From Phoronis australis (lineage: Eukaryota; Animalia; Phoronida): a stretch of 64,000 nt of DNA. A program made the translations under genes and the position numbers. Below, piece by piece: positions 62,006 through 64,000 of this stretch (position 1 is the first letter of the stretch; the number at the start of each line of letters is the position of its first letter). The DNA lies in assembly GCA_002633005.1 (NCBI GenBank), contig NMRA01000032.1, positions 538,911-602,910 of the forward strand, written 5' to 3'. The notes under the pieces were generated by a model that worked only from the letters and a program-made list of their open reading frames with translations, searched no databases and had not been told where the DNA came from.

Positions 62006-63194
62006 CATAGCTGGGTAGCGACTGAGAAATTGGCAGCGTTTTCAGGTAGCCCTCAAACAAACCAGATTTGCAAAAAAATTAGTTGGTTGACAGTACTTCT
62101 AGACCACGTTTTGGAATCGGTAGGAAATTTTCTTTCGGGATCTTGTGTTGACTTTAGTCGAGCATCGGCTGGGAAGTGGTGGCTTTGTGGTAAAAAGTTT
62201 CGATTTTGCGTTTTTGCCCCTATTTATCTTAGTCTAGCTTGGTTTTCAGCAGGAGTGAAAGCATCAAAAATACAAGTGAGAATAAAGTTTCTGTCTTCAT
62301 GTGCAGGTATTGTGATGTGAAATGATGCAAAACTTTTCATTCTTTGCCTGTAGTTTTTGACAGAGTGAAAAAAGGGTGAAGTGTCCATTGCTGTGTTCTG
62401 ATAGGTAAACCCCTGTGAGAACTGTTCTGTGCCCCTATAAATGAGAATCCACAAGGACATGACGACTCGGCAGCAGTTGTTCGCAGGTGGCGCGCAGAAC
62501 GCCCGTAGGACAATAGCGACCGCTAGAGGAAAAGTTGTGGCGCATCTCGGAGTATCTAATCCGTGCCCATAGTCCAACTACACTGGTATCATAAAGTAAA
62601 AGGATGTTGAACCCAATTTTGACTCCCTATTCAGCTCTCTAAAACAGAATAGTGCTCAGTAACCCTTGTCAACCCTCAAAAGTTTACAGCAAATTTGAAA
62701 TTCTCTTACAAAGTCTGCTAACAGCATATCCAATGCTTTACAAGAGTCACACAACATCTGTGGTGATCAAAAGACCACCAATTCAGAACCGTAGTATCTA
62801 TTCCATGATACACTGGAGCCTTGTCGACAAGTTTATGTATTTAGTAGCCAAATAGCAACAAAACTATAGATTTTAACTCAGTTAAAGTATATATTTTCCG
62901 CTGAAAAAAGAAAAACTGTTAGAACTCGATGTTTAATAATCTTCCATTAATCGGATCAAGTGATCATGCTTCTCATTTAGAATTAGCAAAAATGAAAGGT
63001 ACATTCATAGCAGAACAACAATATCAACAACACGACTAAATTCCACCTGATATGAATATTCATGGTGAAATCTCAAACGCTCTTCTCATTTAGTTTTCGT
63101 TTTATGCAACTTTATTTTTTTTCTAAAAATCATCGGAACCTTACTTTGATAGCCCCTCATGCAATAGTAGAAGATTTTATAATAATTCCTAGAA

Positions 63195-63290
63195 GTTGAA
63201 AACTTCATCTCTCAGAAATGGCTGGTTGGAGTCATTTGAAAATTTCATAAAAATTCAACCAGCCATTTCTGAGACACGAAGTTCCGAAAT
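63195..63290. repeat. Foldback inverted repeat
   Basis: TCTCAGAAATGGCTGGTTG mirrored by CAACCAGCCATTTCTGAGA. Confidence 0.7.
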
Positions 63291-63850
63291 TAGCCATATT
63301 TGGAATTTGTAGGGTCTTACATAGTATTATTTTTGTAGAATCTTGCTTTTGTCAGTCAAGTGAGACGTCAATGTTGCATTAGCAGGGCACAAAATGAGAG
63401 TCGGTTGAACTCACATAAACAGGGTTTGGTATTCTTTTAAAGAACACAAATGTTTGGACACCGTAATGAGTGAGTGCCTTTTCAAACACAAGTCTCACCA
63501 GGATCTCGTGAAGACGAAGTCATTGGTGCGAGACAAAGTTTGGTTAACGAATATGGATAAACTGTGCGAGTCTACTGTTGCGTGTCAAGTGGCTACAAAT
63601 AGCAACCATCGAGAAGCTTTACAAATGACAAAATCACTTAATGGGCCTTGAGGGAAAGTTAGTATGTACTGTATACCGATCAGCACTGAATCGTTACGGA
63701 CTGCAAAATATCAATATTTATAACACAGAGACAATGTTATTTTGAACACCTGTTGCATTAGTCGTCACGGTCAAAATTGAAGAACGAGAGCGCTCGGAGG
63801 AGCGACATTTGGCGGAATTAATCGAAAAGACGACGAACACGATATCATTC

Positions 63851-64000
63851 ATGTGACTAGCGAAGAAATCAAATAGAGAGTATACAATCAAGTACATTAA
63901 AGAATGAAAGCCCGTTCAAAACTCTATCTAAAGTGGTAGTTTGGCAAACACGATAACGTTTATGTGACTAGCGAAGAAATCAAATAGAGAGCACACAATC
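63851..64000. repeat. Direct repeat, period ~111 bp, continuing off the window
   Basis: ATGTGACTAGCGAAGAAATCAAATAGAGAG at 63851 and 63962. Confidence 0.75.

Overview
AT-rich eukaryotic (marine-invertebrate-like; species not determinable) genomic DNA with spliced genes and many non-autonomous repeats; most short ORFs in the supplied track are noise or single exons. By manual GT-AG, phase-consistent exon joining I reconstruct three apparently complete genes: (1) + strand 5225-27104, 11 exons, ~887 aa secreted protein: signal peptide, atypical C-type lectin domain, ~15 Notch-like EGF repeats, Ly6/three-finger-like domain, Lys/Gly/Arg tail; (2) + strand 30433-39683, 7 exons, 184 aa four-TM LAPTM/DUF4728-like protein ending in YDAI; (3) - strand 60608-46562, 10 exons, 432 aa astacin-EGF-CUB protein whose zinc motif reads KYLMHTLGFNNE instead of HExxHxxGxxHE (predicted pseudo-protease). 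Mobile DNA includes the 3' end of a Penelope-like (Naiad-type) GIY-YIG element with a U3-A8 variant hammerhead, abutting an oppositely oriented LINE 3' end; a tRNA-headed element carrying Penelope-type minimal hammerheads in inverted arrangement (~14.0-14.4 kb); several MITE families; a 71-bp minisatellite; and a probable assembly duplication at 61.1-62.0 kb. All family calls are from motif recognition, not database searches.
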